Shown here piece after piece: positions 50,801-64,000 of a stretch of DNA of 64,000 nt; position 1 is the first letter of the stretch, and every line of letters begins with the position of its first letter. The notes below the pieces were generated by a model. The model did no database searches and was not told where the DNA came from. It saw only the letters and a program-made list of their open reading frames with translations. A program made the position numbers and the translations under genes. The DNA comes from Isurus oxyrinchus. Taxonomy: Eukaryota. Where the stretch lies: contig JANJGN010000013.1 in assembly GCA_026770705.1 (NCBI GenBank), positions 57,660,001 through 57,724,000 of the forward strand, given 5' to 3'.

Positions 50801-53299
50801 CCAAAAAAGATTTGCGCCACCACTCTTTGGTCTTACTTTTCTGTTTCTTTTCGAATTCTTTTGGGTGAAAGAACTCTTTCTGTAGCATTTGAACCAACTC
50901 GCTCAGGGGGTTGCTGTTCACCATCAATAACCCTGCTGCCAGACGGTAACCGATGTGGTTGGAGTTGCATGTGCGCATATTCTCCTAAATTACACTCGTT
51001 TCCAGAGTTTCCTTCAACTTAGTTCAATTCTTGTTCCAAATTCTCTCTAATACACTTTGGGCTTAGCTCAGGGGTGATCAGTTCTGGAATCGCTGGTCAA
51101 GTTTCCACTGCTTAGGCTAAAGGATCGTTCTACATATGCTGCCAGAATGTTGAGTTTTCCAACATTTTCAGTTTTTATCCACTGCTTAGGATACTGTCAC
51201 AGCTTGTCAATACTATTCTTCCAAAAATAATTAACAGATTTGAAGGGGATGTGTAATATAAAGAGGGCCTCCTTCCCAAAACCTCTCCTAAAACACTCTT
51301 GTCCCTCTGTCCTTGCAAACTACTGCTCCATCTTCAAATATCTTTTCTTCTTCAAACTGCTTGAAGGTATAGTCATCTGCCATATCCATGCCTATCTTAC
51401 CAGGAGGAATTCCATGTCTGAATTCATCCAATCACGTTTCTGCTACTGCCAACAGAACTGAGACAACCCTTATTTATATCAAAAGTTGCATTCTCTTCAA
51501 CTGTAACAGTGGTACGCTACCATTCCTCATAGTTTTTGGCCTGTCTTTAGCCATTGACATGGTTGATCACACCATCCAACGACTCTCCACCATCCATCTG
51601 TTGCCTGGGCTTGGCCTCACCTATCTTCATCCTTATTTATTAAGTAACAGCCAAAGAATTACTTGCAATGACATCTCTTCCTACTCCTATGCTATCACCT
51701 CAGGAGTACGCTAACAGTATATCCTTGCCCATCTCCCCCGCCGCCACCACTCCCCACCCCCATTCCGCCCCACTTTAATTTCCCTGCTCCCCCTTGGTGA
51801 CATCACCTGAAAGCACATCAGGTTCTGTATGTACGTTGAAACCACACAGCTCCACCTCAACATTGGATTCCTTTACTATGCTGAGTGACCAGAAATCTCT
51901 TCCAACTATTGGAAAGAACAAAGCTGTTGCTTTTGCTCCCATCATGAATTTCATTCTCTAGTCACCAACTTCATCCCTCTCACAGGCAACTCCCTGAGGT
52001 TAAGCCAAATTGTTCTCATCCTTGCTGTCGTCTTTGAGCCCTAGATATGGAGTGGAATTTTATGGTTACCCTCCAGCCTTTGAATCTATTGAGGCCCTTA
52101 AGTGACTAATCGATAGCCATGAAAGTGCCTCATCCTGCTCGCTGCCATTCTTGTCCATACCAAGTTGCTAACCTAGCAGCTTTAGCTGTGTGGGCTGGTG
52201 TCGGGAAAGGGGAGGGTACCTCTGTTGGGGGACCCCTGCACATCAGAGGCACCCTTTCACCAAGATTATACCCTCCTTTATCCCCATCACTTCTCCTGCT
52301 GGGGCCTGCCAAGCAGGCCTTACCATATCCACAATTATTTACTTCAACCTGGATCTATTAGATTTCTTCTTTGGGGACCAGTTTTAGTCCAAGTAGCGGG
52401 CACCGCTCAAACCTACACAGTTGCTGGGCGTCGAATTGGCCGGCAGCCCTCCTAGGCAGGAATGCTCCCCAGATGGGTGTGCAAGTCGTGCCCTCAGCCA
52501 GTTTTCACCCCAGTGAATGTTAAATGGACGCGGAGGCATTCCACAACTGGTGGGGCAGGCAAGAAATCCTGCCCTTGCAACTGTAAAGTCTAACCTGATG
52601 TTTCCCCTGGCTGTGGTATCTAAAACACGGGGGATAAGACTCAAGATGGGTGGCCGATTACTCAGGACTGAGACGAAGAAGTGTAAAGCTGTCCCATTCA
52701 TCCCAGACCGCAGCTGTTTCTCAATAATCCTCAAATTTTCAAGTATAAATTCTATTCACTTTTGGAAGTGGCTACTGAGTATGCTCCATCATCCTTTGAA
52801 ACCTTGCATTGCAGATCATAGCAACTGACTACATAGTATTTTGTCACCAGCTAAAGAAAAGAGGTGCGCACAGAAGAGGTAAGCATATGGCATTGAAATT
52901 ATTAGTGGCTAACCTTGCATTGTGCTCACTTTCTAACACATCATAGAAGAATGCAATGCCAAGTGGTCACTTGGCCCATCATCATGCTCTTTGAAAGAGC
53001 TAAACTATTATTCCCACTTCACTACTTGACCTGCATTACCATGCAGATGTCTCAACTTCATAAAAGTATCCAATTTCCCCCTTTAGAGATTTAATTGAAT
53101 CTGTTTCCTGCACCCTTTCAGGCAGTGAATTCCAGACCCTCACAACTCGCTGCCTGTGTTTTCCTTATGCCGCCTTTGGACTCAAAATGTTAACTCTGTT
53201 TCTCTCTCCACAGGCGCTGCCAGAGAAGTTGAGGTATCTGGCATTTTCTATTTTTATTTCAGGTGATTCTTCCCTATTTAATAAAGAGAATAGCTTAAT

Positions 53300-55880
53300 A
53301 AAATAAGCGTTGGTCTATAGAAAGTGAGTCTGGGGAATTAATAATGGAAAATAGGGAGATGGCAGATGAATTAAACAGATAGTTTGCATTGGTCTCCATG
53401 ACAGTAGACAAGTAACATTGCAGAAGTAGCTGCAAGTCAGGAAATGGAAGGGATGAAGGAGCTGAAGAAAATTATAATCATCAGGGAAATGGTACTGAGC
53501 ATATTGCAAGCTGACAATTCCCTGGGTCCTGATGGACTTCATCCTAGGGTTTTAAAAGAAGTGGCTAGTGAGGTAAATGATGCATGGGTTTGAATTTTCC
53601 AAAATTCCCTTGGTTCTGGAAAAGTTCCATTAGATTGGAAAATACTGGATGTAACTCCTTTATGGAAAAAGGGAGATAGACAGAAAGCAGGAACTACAGG
53701 CCAATTAGCTTTTAACACCTGCCATAGGAAAATGTTGGAAGCTATTATTAAAGATGGTATAGCCCAGCACTTAGAAAAATTGGAGGCAGCCAGGCAGAGT
53801 CAACATGGTTTTGTGAAAGGGAATTCATGTTTAACCAATTTATTGAAGTTCTTTGAAGAAGTAACATATGCTGTGGATAAAGGGGATGCACTGTACTTAG
53901 ATTCCCAGAAAGCAATTGATAAGGTGTCACACCAAAGATTATTGTGGAAATTAAAAGCTCATGGTGTAGGGGACAACTTATTAGCATGGATAGAAGATTG
54001 GCTAGTTGACAGAAAACAGAGAGTAGGCATAATTGGGCCATTTTCTGGTGGACATGATGTAACGAGCGATGTGCCACAGGGATCAGTCCTGGAGAATCAA
54101 TGTTTTACATTCTTTTATCCATTCATACAATGTGGCATCAATAGTTAGGCCAGTATTTATTGTCCATCCATAACTGCCCTTGAGAAGGTAGGGGTGAACT
54201 GCCTTCTTGAACTTCTGCTGTCCATGTGATGTAGATACACCCACAGTGCTCTTAGAGAGGGAGTTCCAGAGTTTTGACCCAGCAACAGTGAAGGAACAAT
54301 GATATATTTCCAAATCAGGGTGGCAAGTGGTTTAGAAGGGAACTTGCAGGTGGTGGAGTTCCCATGTGTCTGCTGCCCTTTTCCTTCTAGATGGTGGTTA
54401 TTGTGGGTTTGGAAGGCAATGCCTAAGGAGGCTTGATAAATTCCTGCAGTGCATCTTGTAGATGGTACATGCCGCTGTCATTGTGCACCGGTGGTGGAGG
54501 GTGTGAATGTTTGTGGATGGGTTGCCTATCAATTGGCCTGCTTTTTCCTGGGTAGCGTCAAGCATCTTGAGTGGCGTTGGAACTGCACATTCAGGCAAGT
54601 AGAGGACATTCCATCACACTCCTGATTTGAACCTTGTAGATAGTGGACAGGCTTTGGGGAGCCCGGAGTTAAATCACTCACCACAGAGTTCCCAGTATCT
54701 AACCTGCTCTTGTAGCCACAGTATTTATATGGCTAGTCCAGTTCAGTTTCTAGTCAATGGTAACCCCAAAGTGTTGATAATGGGAGTTCACTGATGGTAA
54801 TGCCATTGAATGTCAAGGGGAGATGGTTAGATTGTCTCTTGTTGGAAGTGGTCGCTGCCTGACACTTGTGCGGCACAAATGTTACTTTTCATTTATCAGC
54901 CCAAGCCTGGATATTATCCAGGCCTAGCTGCATTTGGGCATGGACTGCTTTAAATTTATTTTAATGACTTGAATGGGGGAACTAAAGTTATGGTCACTAA
55001 ATTTGATGATGACACAAAGATAGGTAGGAAAGTAAATTGTGACGAGGGCTTAAGGAAGCTACAAAGGGATATTGATAGGTTTGCGAGGCGGTAAATATCT
55101 GGCAAATGGAATATAATGTGGAAAAATGTGAAATTGTCCATTTTGGCAGCGAGAATAAAAGGAAGTATTTTACTTAAATGGTGAGAGATTGCAGAGCCCT
55201 GAGGTGTAGAGGGATCTGCATGCCCAATTGCACGAAGCACAAAAGGTTAGTATGCATATACAGCAAGTAATTAGGAAAGCTAATAGAATGTTATTGTTTA
55301 TTGCATGGGGAAATTGAAAGTAAGGAGGGTATTCTTCAGTTATACAAGGCATTGGTGAGACTACATTTGGAGTACAGTGTACAGTATTGGTCTCCTTATT
55401 TAAGGAAGGATGCAATTGCGTTGGAAGCAGTTCAGAGAATGTTTACAAGAGTAATACCTGGAATGGGCAAGTTGTTTTATGAGGAACGGTTGGACAAGCT
55501 AGCCGTCTATCTAGTTGGCGTATAGAAGAGTGAGAGGCGACTTGATTGAAACATACGAGACCCGGAGTTGTCTTGACAGGGTGGATGTAGGCTTAAAAAT
55601 AAGGGATCGTCCATTTAAGACAACCATGAAGAGAATTTTTTCTCTCAGCGGGTTGTGAGTCTTTGGAACTCTCTTCCTCAAGGGGCGGTGGAAGCAGAGT
55701 CTTGAATATTTTTAAAGCAGTGGTAAATAGATTCTTAATAAGCAATGGGTGAAGGTTATTGGGGGTAAGCAGGAATGTGGAGTTCAGGTTACAATCAGAT
55801 CAGCCATGATCTTATTGAATGGGCGAGCAGGCTTGCGAAGCCAAGTGGCCCACACCTGCTCCTAATTCGTATGCCCGTAT
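53300..55880 (+). mobile_element. CR1-type LINE ORF2 remnant interrupted by an antisense CR1-like 3' fragment (~54105-54955)
   Basis: PGPDGLHPRVLKE, SQHGFVKGNSCLTNLL, DVPQGSVL; the sequence resumes ...INDL...KFDDDTK after the insertion. Confidence 0.88.
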
Positions 55881-57070
55881 GCCTATGCCCATTTTGGAAG
55901 TTTGCCTCTATCCACCTGATGTCTGTTACAATCCTCCTTATTGCTTACTACGTTTCTGAATTCTGTGCCATCTATAAACTTTGACATTATACATTATGCC
56001 AAGTCCATGTTGTTAATAGATATTAAGAAATGAGGTGGTCACAACCGAACCCTGGGAGCACCACTGCCCAATTACCCCTAGTCTAAATAAAACACCGTTC
56101 ACTTCTACTCTACGTTTCCTGTCCAATTTTATATCTCCGCAACCAATGCCCCTTTAATTTTCATTTTCATTTGCTGGCAAGTCTATTATCTCGCACTTTT
56201 TGTAAATTCGTATGCACAGCATCAACTACTCCATTATTTTATGAAATAACTCAGCGAGGCTATTGACGCACATTTTGCCTTCAGTAAATACTTGTTGACT
56301 CTCAATTATTGATCTATATTTTGTCATGTGTCGAATAATTCAAATTAATTATGATAAATTTTGGGGAAACGCATGAATTAATATGACGTCAAAATCTGAG
56401 AGAAATTGAATAAACTAATCGCATTTGACATCTTGTGCGAGGGAAATAAAGGTGAGGGAGCACTATTTTGTACCTTTAACCCCCGCTCCGGTTGCTTCCA
56501 CGATATGTTTTCCATAATTCATCGCTCATTCTGCCCTAACACAGTGACATTTTTTATATAGAGCGAGCAATTATACAAACCGCTACTAAATATCTTTAAC
56601 ATCTTTGGCACCGTCCCAACGTTGTAGAGAGACCCAATAAATGGACCCAATATTAATAATAGGTTTGAACCAGACCTTGGGGAGTCTATATCAATTGATT
56701 TGATCTCTGTTGTAGCGAAGATGTCGGAAGGCACTATTATTAATGTATTAAATCAATTACTAACTGAGAGATCGACAATATTATAATATGAATGGGAGAA
56801 CTGAGGTTTGGGTATTAACTTCCAAAGTAATATTTTGTGTTCGACACAAGAAAGTTAATTATTTTCTCCGAGACATGTCGACATCTGGGACTGATTACTG
56901 AGATATATGGTCAGTATGGGTTCCTCATTGATGTCAAAGGTAAACTGAAAAGATCCAGAGTTATATAGCTAAATTCTACGAGGCGCCTTATTCCCCGTTC
57001 CTCACTAAGAAGCCGGGGGCGCGGCCGCCGACTGTAATACCAGCTGCCCATGTTGTGGATTTTCGATGGG

Positions 57071-57132
57071 GGGGCGGGGCAGGAATCAGAGAGCTAACGG
57101 CCAATCAGAGAATGGCAGCTCTCCGGAACTTC
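57071..57132. promoter_or_regulatory. promoter-like motif cluster (GC box, CCAAT box, ETS-like site)
   Basis: GGGGCGGGGC at 57071, GGCCAATCAG at 57099, CCGGAAC at 57123, in a locally CpG-rich patch. Confidence 0.45.
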
Positions 57133-58300
57133 GGGGCGTTCATAATTCTCAAGGCACCTTCTCATAATGCATTCTCCTCACTTCGAGTTATCTGATTTAT
57201 CATGTATGTACACCAAACACTTTAAATTGTTACTTTTGGTTCGCGATGCTTTTGATTCACTCAACTTCATGTGCAGGAGAAGAATGTTTGCGCTGCTCGT
57301 CTTCATACGCCACTTGTTAATGCAGTTACGATGAATTTAAAATACACTCCAGGCTTTGGGAATTTTAACAACGGTGCATGAATTCCGGGGCGACCATTCA
57401 ATATTTGAATGGGAATAATTGCAAGGCTATGACAAAGAGCACGGATGTGGGACAATTTGGAAACCTCTTTCAAACAGCCGGCACAAAGCGGGTGGATCGA
57501 ATTGACTCCTTTCTGCGGAAACGTTCTATAATTATTGCTTCTTTTTTCCGTTCATTTTACATTCCCCTTCTACTGGACTTCTAATTAAGATTTATACTTT
57601 CCAACAAGCTTACGACGACGTTATATGGTAGCAATATAGTTTCTCACTGAGGTCACACAGAACAAGGGCGAATGAACCCACCCAAGCACAGACACAATGT
57701 ATTTCAATCAGTATACAAACCTAATTTAGCAAATGTAGCATTTGATAGGTTATATTATTAGCAAGCGTTCACCCATTAATTTTGTAAAATCGTTGTTTCC
57801 ACCAAGTGTTAGAAGTTTTGTATAAATTTGTAAAGGTAACAAAGAACAGAGAGCGTAATTTGGACGTTTTAAAATGGTCATAAATCAATGATAATTAATG
57901 TAAGAAAAGAATAGCATCAATTGAGACAATGAAAGAATGATTGTATTATACTGCAATTACACAAAGAATGTGTGATGATTGCAGAGTCAGCACACTCTCG
58001 CATTACACCCAATCAAACAAACTAAATAACTGGACAGTTTTGTTATAATTTCAAATAGAGCAGTTAAAACAACTGGCGATTTGATTGAAATATATAAGAT
58101 CCTGAGGTGTCTTGTCGGGTGGATGTGGAGAGGATGATTGTGGGAGAATCTAGAACGAGGGGTCACTGTTTAAAAATGAAGGGCCACCCACTTAAAACAG
58201 AAATGAGGCAACAAAAAACAAAAAAACAACCTTTAAATTCGAGTTTTGCTCTGTTGACGTTCCCTATTGATATAATAGAGGTACACCCAAGATTCTTGCA

Positions 58301-58357
58301 TCAGATACAACTGGGCCTCTCTATACCTGTTTTAAGTGGGTTTGCTAGAGCATCTTG
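58301..58357 (-). pseudogene. 3' remnant of a fourth light-chain C exon (cluster 4)
   Basis: Reads QDALANPLKTGIERPSCI* versus C2 HEALANRLKKSIEKSNCI*. The flank 57160-58300 is collinear with 22580-23553. Confidence 0.88.
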
Positions 58358-58364
58358 TTGTGGA

Positions 58365-60520
58365 TCCTGTGGATGCCAGACGTCTAAAGTTAAAACAGAA
58401 AATACATGGCTGGCCAAGCATCATCTGTGGAGTGGAATACAGAGTTAACGCTTCAGTCGCTGACCGTTCATCAGAACTGAGAAAAGTTAGAATTGTAATA
58501 GGTTTTAAACAAGTGAAAGTGGGAGAGCGGGAAATAGGACAAAACGGAAGGTCTGTGATATGATGAAAGACAGGCGGGATTAAATGGCTAAAGAGTGGGT
58601 GATGCAGGGTCAAAGGAAATGGTAACCGGCCAATTAAGGAAATAAAAGGTGTAACTGGAGGAAGTCTGTATGGCAGAACGGTGAACAGCTGACGTCCAAA
58701 AGCAAGGACAACAAGGAAAAAACAGTTAAAAACAAAGACTGCTAAAAGAAAATAAAACACAAGGAGCAAAGGTTACAATTATTGTTGAACTCAATGTTGA
58801 GTCCAGAATGTTATTAAGTTCTTAATCAAAAGATGAGATTCTGTTCCTCGAACATACGTTGAGTTTCATTGGAAAACAAAGCGGAAGGCCGAGAACCGAG
58901 AGATTAGCATACGAACAAGGAGCAGGAAATCTGCATCCCACGTACCCCCGATAACCTATCGTTCCCTTGCTTACCAAGGATCTACCCGCCTCTGCCTTAA
59001 AAATATTCAAAGCCTCTGCTTCCACCACCTTTTCAGGAAGAGAGTTCCAAAGACTCACTACCCTCTGAATAAAAAAAAATAGCCTCATCTCTGTTTTAAA
59101 TGGGAGATCTCTTATTTTTAAACAGTGGCCCCTAGTTCTAGATTCTCCACCCTGTCAAGACCTCTCAGGATCTTATACATTTCAATCAAATTGCCTCTTA
59201 CTCTTCTAAATTCCAACCTGGTCTGCCCAACCTTGCCTCATAAGACAACCCACCCATTCCAGGTAATAGTCTGGTAAATACTCTCTGAACTGCTTCCAAC
59301 GCATTTACATCCTTCCTTAAATAAGGTGACCAAGACTGTACACAGTAGTCCAAATGTGGTCCCACTAACGCCCTGTACAACTGAAGCATAACTTCCCTAC
59401 GTTTGCATTCAATTCCCCTTGCACTATATGATAACATTCTATTAGCTTTCCTAATTGCTTTCTGTACTTGCACACTATTCCTTTGGGATCGGCGGTGACA
59501 TTGTAAAATGTCAGACGACCAGAAGCTCGGGTCGTGCTTGCTGACTGAATAGAATTGTGCTGCAAAGCTTTTACACAATCTTCGTTTGGTCTCCCCAGTG
59601 CAGAGTAGACTTTGTGAGCATTGTGAGCAGTGAACATGATATACTAAGTTGAAAGAAGTCCACGTAAATAATTATTTCACCTGAAAGTTTTTGGTCTTGG
59701 ATGGTAAAGCACAGCGGAGGTTAAAGGACATGTGTTCTATCTCCGATGTTTGCATAGAAAGTGGCCATGGGAAGGGGAGGGATTGTTAGTGGTTTAAAAG
59801 TGGACCAGGGTGTCGCAGAGGGCACGGCTCCTTCAGAATGCTGAAAGCGAACTGGATGGGTGGTACTTTCATGAACAAGGTGGTGGAAATGTTGGAGGAT
59901 AATCCGTTGAATACGGAGGCTGGTGGGTGGAAGGTACTGACACGGGGAACCCTATCGTTATTTTTTAAGAGTTGAAGGGTGAGAGCAGAATTGTGGGAAA
60001 TGGGGCGGAACAGGTCCAGGTTCCTGTCAACCACGATGGGCATCCTTGGTTTATGAAATAGGAAGACATTTCAGAAACGCTGGTATGGAAAGTTATGCAT
60101 TCAGAACGAATGTAACAGAGATAGAGAAATTGCAAGGATGGAATGGGGCACTTACGGAAGCAAGGCATGAGTAAGTTTTTTCAAGGCAGCTGTTGGAGTG
60201 GGGTAGCGTTATAGTAAATATTTGTGACACTTTATCATTGGAAATGGAGGCAGCGCAGGGAAGGAAAGAGTTGGAGGTGGATCATGTGTAGGCGAGAGAA
60301 GCATGGATATTGGAAGCAGTGTTGATGAAATTTTCCAGTCCGGGGTAATAGCAAGAAATGGAATCATCAATTATTGGAAAAGGAGGTGAGGGAGGGAATC
60401 TGAATAGGACCGGAGCAGGAAAAGTTCCACATATTCAACAAAAGGACAGGCACAGCCAGGATCCATACTCACTACAACACTTATCATTTGGAAGAAGTGA
60501 GTGAAATTAAAGGAGAAGCT
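58365..60520 (-). mobile_element. older Penelope-like element with a nested CR1 fragment (~58925-59480)
   Basis: Minus-strand remnants PIPSLQFL and LLCTGETKRRL (GIY-YIG); terminus with AGTT-CTGATGA...AACT at 58443-58478. Confidence 0.85.
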
Positions 60521-60709
60521 GACAGAGAGTGAATGGTCCTCGAAGTCCTGAAAGGGAGTGGAGAGTATGATGGGCTTGGTGATGGTTCCTCGCTGGAGGT
60601 GCCAGAAATGGCAGAGGATAATATTTGCTAAAGATATCTAGTATTTGGTTAATTTGATTGAATTCTTTGATAAACTAACAGAGAGAGTTGTTAATCCTAA
60701 TGGCATATT

Positions 60710-61095
60710 TCGATCCCTTCCCCGCTCCCCCCCTCCCCCCACCCCACCCCCATTAGAGCTATCTGTACCTTTATTATCACATTCCTTAGATAATATCACC
60801 AGCTTCAACACCTCTTTTTCCTTTTGTCAATGACATCTTTTGGTTATCTCCACATATCACTGGCCCTCTATCCAGCTCTATCTGTCCCACCTCCACGCCC
60901 CACCCCCCCCCAACCCCCCAAACTAGCTTATATTTCACCTCTTTTCTATTTTTCATTAGTTCTGTTGAATAGTCATACGGACTCGAAACATTAACTGTGT
61001 TCGTCTCCACAGATGCTATTAGGCCTGCTGAGTTTTTCCAGGTATTTTTGTTTTTGTTTTGGATTTCCAGCATCTGCAGTTTTTTGCTTTTATTT
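60710..61095 (+). mobile_element. Penelope terminal repeat fragment
   Basis: Matches 28580-28976; hammerhead-like AGTT-CTGTTGA...GACTCGAAACATTAACT at 60958-60996. Confidence 0.85.
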
Positions 61096-61894
61096 TAGTA
61101 GAATGGTGTCGTGGATAATAGACTTCAGTTGCACAGAGAGACTAGAAAAATGGGGCTGTTCTCTTTACATCAGAAAAGTTTAAGGGGTGATTTTATAGAG
61201 GTGTTCTTGCAGGAATTCAATAGAACAAACAAAAGGGAACTGTCTCCAGTGACTGAAGGATTGGTGGTTGTGAATTACAGTTCACATGGCAACATGCACT
61301 TTGTAGCCTGGAGCTATGAATAGTGATGGGAGAGTCTCCAACGCACTTTCCATCACATGGCTGACCAGGAATCTGTCCCGCACATTATTATAAAATGGAA
61401 CAAACTGCCTGAAATGATGGTGGAAAAAGTCTCAAAGTAACCTTCAAAGGGAAATTGATTAAATAGTTGAAGTTGGAAAACATGCACTGCTATGTGGCAA
61501 GCGCTGGGCAGTGGTTGAAATTGGATAGCTCCTTCAGAGAGCTGACATAAACACAATGGGCCAAAGAGATTCCTTCTGTGCTGCGTCTTTCTATCATTCC
61601 ATGTGCTTTCAAACCCTTATCTAATCTCATGATCGCCAGTCCTTTCAGTTCAATGATTGAATCATTACATCTTGTCCCCTTCTGCGCCCTTCAGCTTGAC
61701 AATGAAAAGCTCACTTCTTTCAATTCTTCAAAGGCATTTATAGTAAAATCATACAGTAAATAATTTATCAACATTTAAAGTATTTGTGTCATTTTTGGTA
61801 CTTAATTTAAAACAGAAAGCAATAACATTTCATACAATAGCATTGCCCAGGGTGATCTCACTTTGCTGTTTCCATATTTAACACAAGTCTAATA

Positions 61895-62920
61895 AAGGTC
61901 AATCATATCAGCTCCAGAGCATCACTGCAGGAGTTCCTCAGGGTAGTGTCCTAGGCCCAACCATCTTCAGCTGCTTAATCAATGAACTTCTTTGCATCAT
62001 AAGGTCAGGAGTGGGGATGTTCACTGATGATTGCACAATGTTGAGCACCATTCGAGGCTGCTCAGATACTGAAGCAGTCCATGTCTAAATGCAGCAAGGC
62101 CTGGACAATATTCAGGCTTGGGCAGATAAGCTGCAAGTAACATTTGCGCCACACAAGTGCCAGGCAATGATCAACTCCAATGAGAGAGAATCCAACCATT
62201 TTCCCTTGACATTCAATGGCATTACCATCACTGAATCCCCCACCAGCAACAACTTGGGAGCTACCATTGACCAGAAATTGAACTGGACCAGCCATATAAA
62301 TACTGTGGCTACAGGAGCACGTCAGATACTGGGAATTCTGCGGAGAGTAACTCACCTCCTGACTCCCCAAAGCCTATTCACTATCTACAAGGCAGGAGTC
62401 AGAAGAGTGATGGAATACTCTCCAATTTCTTGGATGAGGGAAACTCCAATAACACTCAAGAAGCTTGACCCCATCCAGGATAAACCAGCCCACTTGTTTG
62501 GCACGTCTTCCAAAAGCTTCAGCATCCACTCCCTCCACAACCGATGCACAGTTGCAGCAGTGTGTACCATCTACAAGATGCACTGCAGGGACTCACCAAG
62601 ACACCTCGGACAGAACCTTCCAACCCGGTGACCTCTACCCCTAGAAGGGCAAAGGCAGCAGATACTTGGCCACACCACCATCTGCAAGTTCCCTTCCAAG
62701 CCACTTACCATCCTGACTTGAGACTGTATTACTATTCCTTCTCTGTCGTTGTGTCAAAGTCCTGGACTTCTTTCCCTAACAGCATTGTCAGTGTACCTAC
62801 ACCACCTGGACTGCAGCGGTTCAAGAAGGCAACTCACCACCACCTTCTCAAGGAAAAGTGAGAACGCGCAATAAATGATGTCCCAGCCAGCGATACCCAC
62901 ATCCCGTGAAAGAATAAAAA
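61895..62920 (+). mobile_element. CR1-like LINE RT C-terminus and 3' UTR
   Basis: GVPQGSVLGPTIFSCLIN..FTDD; ORF 62089-62631; 3' end CCAGCGATACCCACATCCCGTGAAAGAATAAAAA. Confidence 0.9.
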
Positions 62921-64000
62921 TAACAGCTGTTACATTTGACTCATTCGTTTTCCACCCTTCAATCCATTGACAGTTTAAACCTCAATTTCCTGTGACCTCA
63001 AATATTTCTCCAAAATCCTCTATCAAAGTCATAATTAACATCTTATGTGATTATGATGAAGGTAAATTGTCACCCCTCTTCCTTCTTCACTTGTCTGCTG
63101 CCTTTGACACATATCACACCATCCTTCAGCAGCATATCTGCGCCATATTCCGCCTGGTTAGGACTGACCTCCTCTGATTCCATTCTTATATATGTGAATC
63201 ATAGCCAGAGTATCACTTCCAGTGGTTTCTTTCCGTTGCCACACCATTGCCTCCGGTGCCTTCCAGGGGTTTGCCTTGACCCTCCCTAAGTCTATAATCT
63301 CCACCAGCCTCGCAATCCTCCAGGATACCTTCTCCCCTCTAATTCTGCCTCCCGAGCACCCCTGGTTATAATTGCTCCATCACTTGCCCTTTTACTTGCC
63401 GTGCCTTCTGTTACCTATGCCCTAAACTCTGGAATTCTCTTCATAACCCTCTCCGCCCCACTTTCCTCCTTTAAGATGGTCTTTAAATCCTACCTCCATG
63501 ACTAAGCTTTTGAACGCCCTAACATCGGCGCATGTGGTTTAGTATCAAATTTTGATCTAATAACGGCCTTGTGAAGGACATTGATTACATTAAAATCGCT
63601 ATATTAATGCAAGTTGTTGTTGTATAAACCTGTTTCCTTATCCGTTTATTTCTCACAACGTTTTACTAAGACTTGAATGTTTCTCCCAGGTCATTTGTGA
63701 TAGCTCGCTCACATTCCAGGACAGGATAGAAGCAAAGTGTCTTGTGTTTGTCCATCCTTGACTTAGCTCCAATACATATCATTGCTCAGATGCCAACAAA
63801 GTCAATGCTCAATCCCCTTAACTATTCGCTGTGTACAAATCAGGTCGGGACTCGCACACCGCTCTGCTAATCAAATTCGTGCTTGCCGATTACGTCGCCG
63901 CTATTAAACCGCTCACTCCCAGCAACACCACACCAACCACACACCCCCCCCCCCCCCCCCCCCCCCCCCGCCCGCACCTCAGCTTTCCCTCTCGTTGACA

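Overview
This is vertebrate genomic DNA, almost certainly from a cartilaginous fish (shark-type repeats and Ig genes). It covers part of a type II (lambda) immunoglobulin light-chain multicluster region. Cluster 1 (+) has an intact, in-frame, pre-joined VJ exon (42-383, no RSS) and an intact C exon (3158-3480); its leader lies before the window. Cluster 2 (-) is complete in layout (octamer promoter, leader, pre-joined VJ, C) but carries three frameshifts. Cluster 3 (+) keeps its J-C intron and a decayed C exon, but no VJ could be found. Cluster 4 (-) is only the last 19 codons of C plus 3' flank, cut by a Penelope element. Flank paralogy (C1~C3, C2~C4, offsets ~35-36 kb) suggests a tail-to-tail gene pair was duplicated as a unit. 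The rest is mostly retroelements: many CR1-type LINE fragments, a Tx1-like LINE truncated by an LTR, tRNA-derived SINEs, MITEs and Penelope-like elements. The Penelope termini contain minimal hammerhead-ribozyme folds with a non-canonical core (CUGUYGA) and form short palindromic insertions with TSDs. Repeat boundaries are approximate. Most listed ORFs are repeat debris or spurious.
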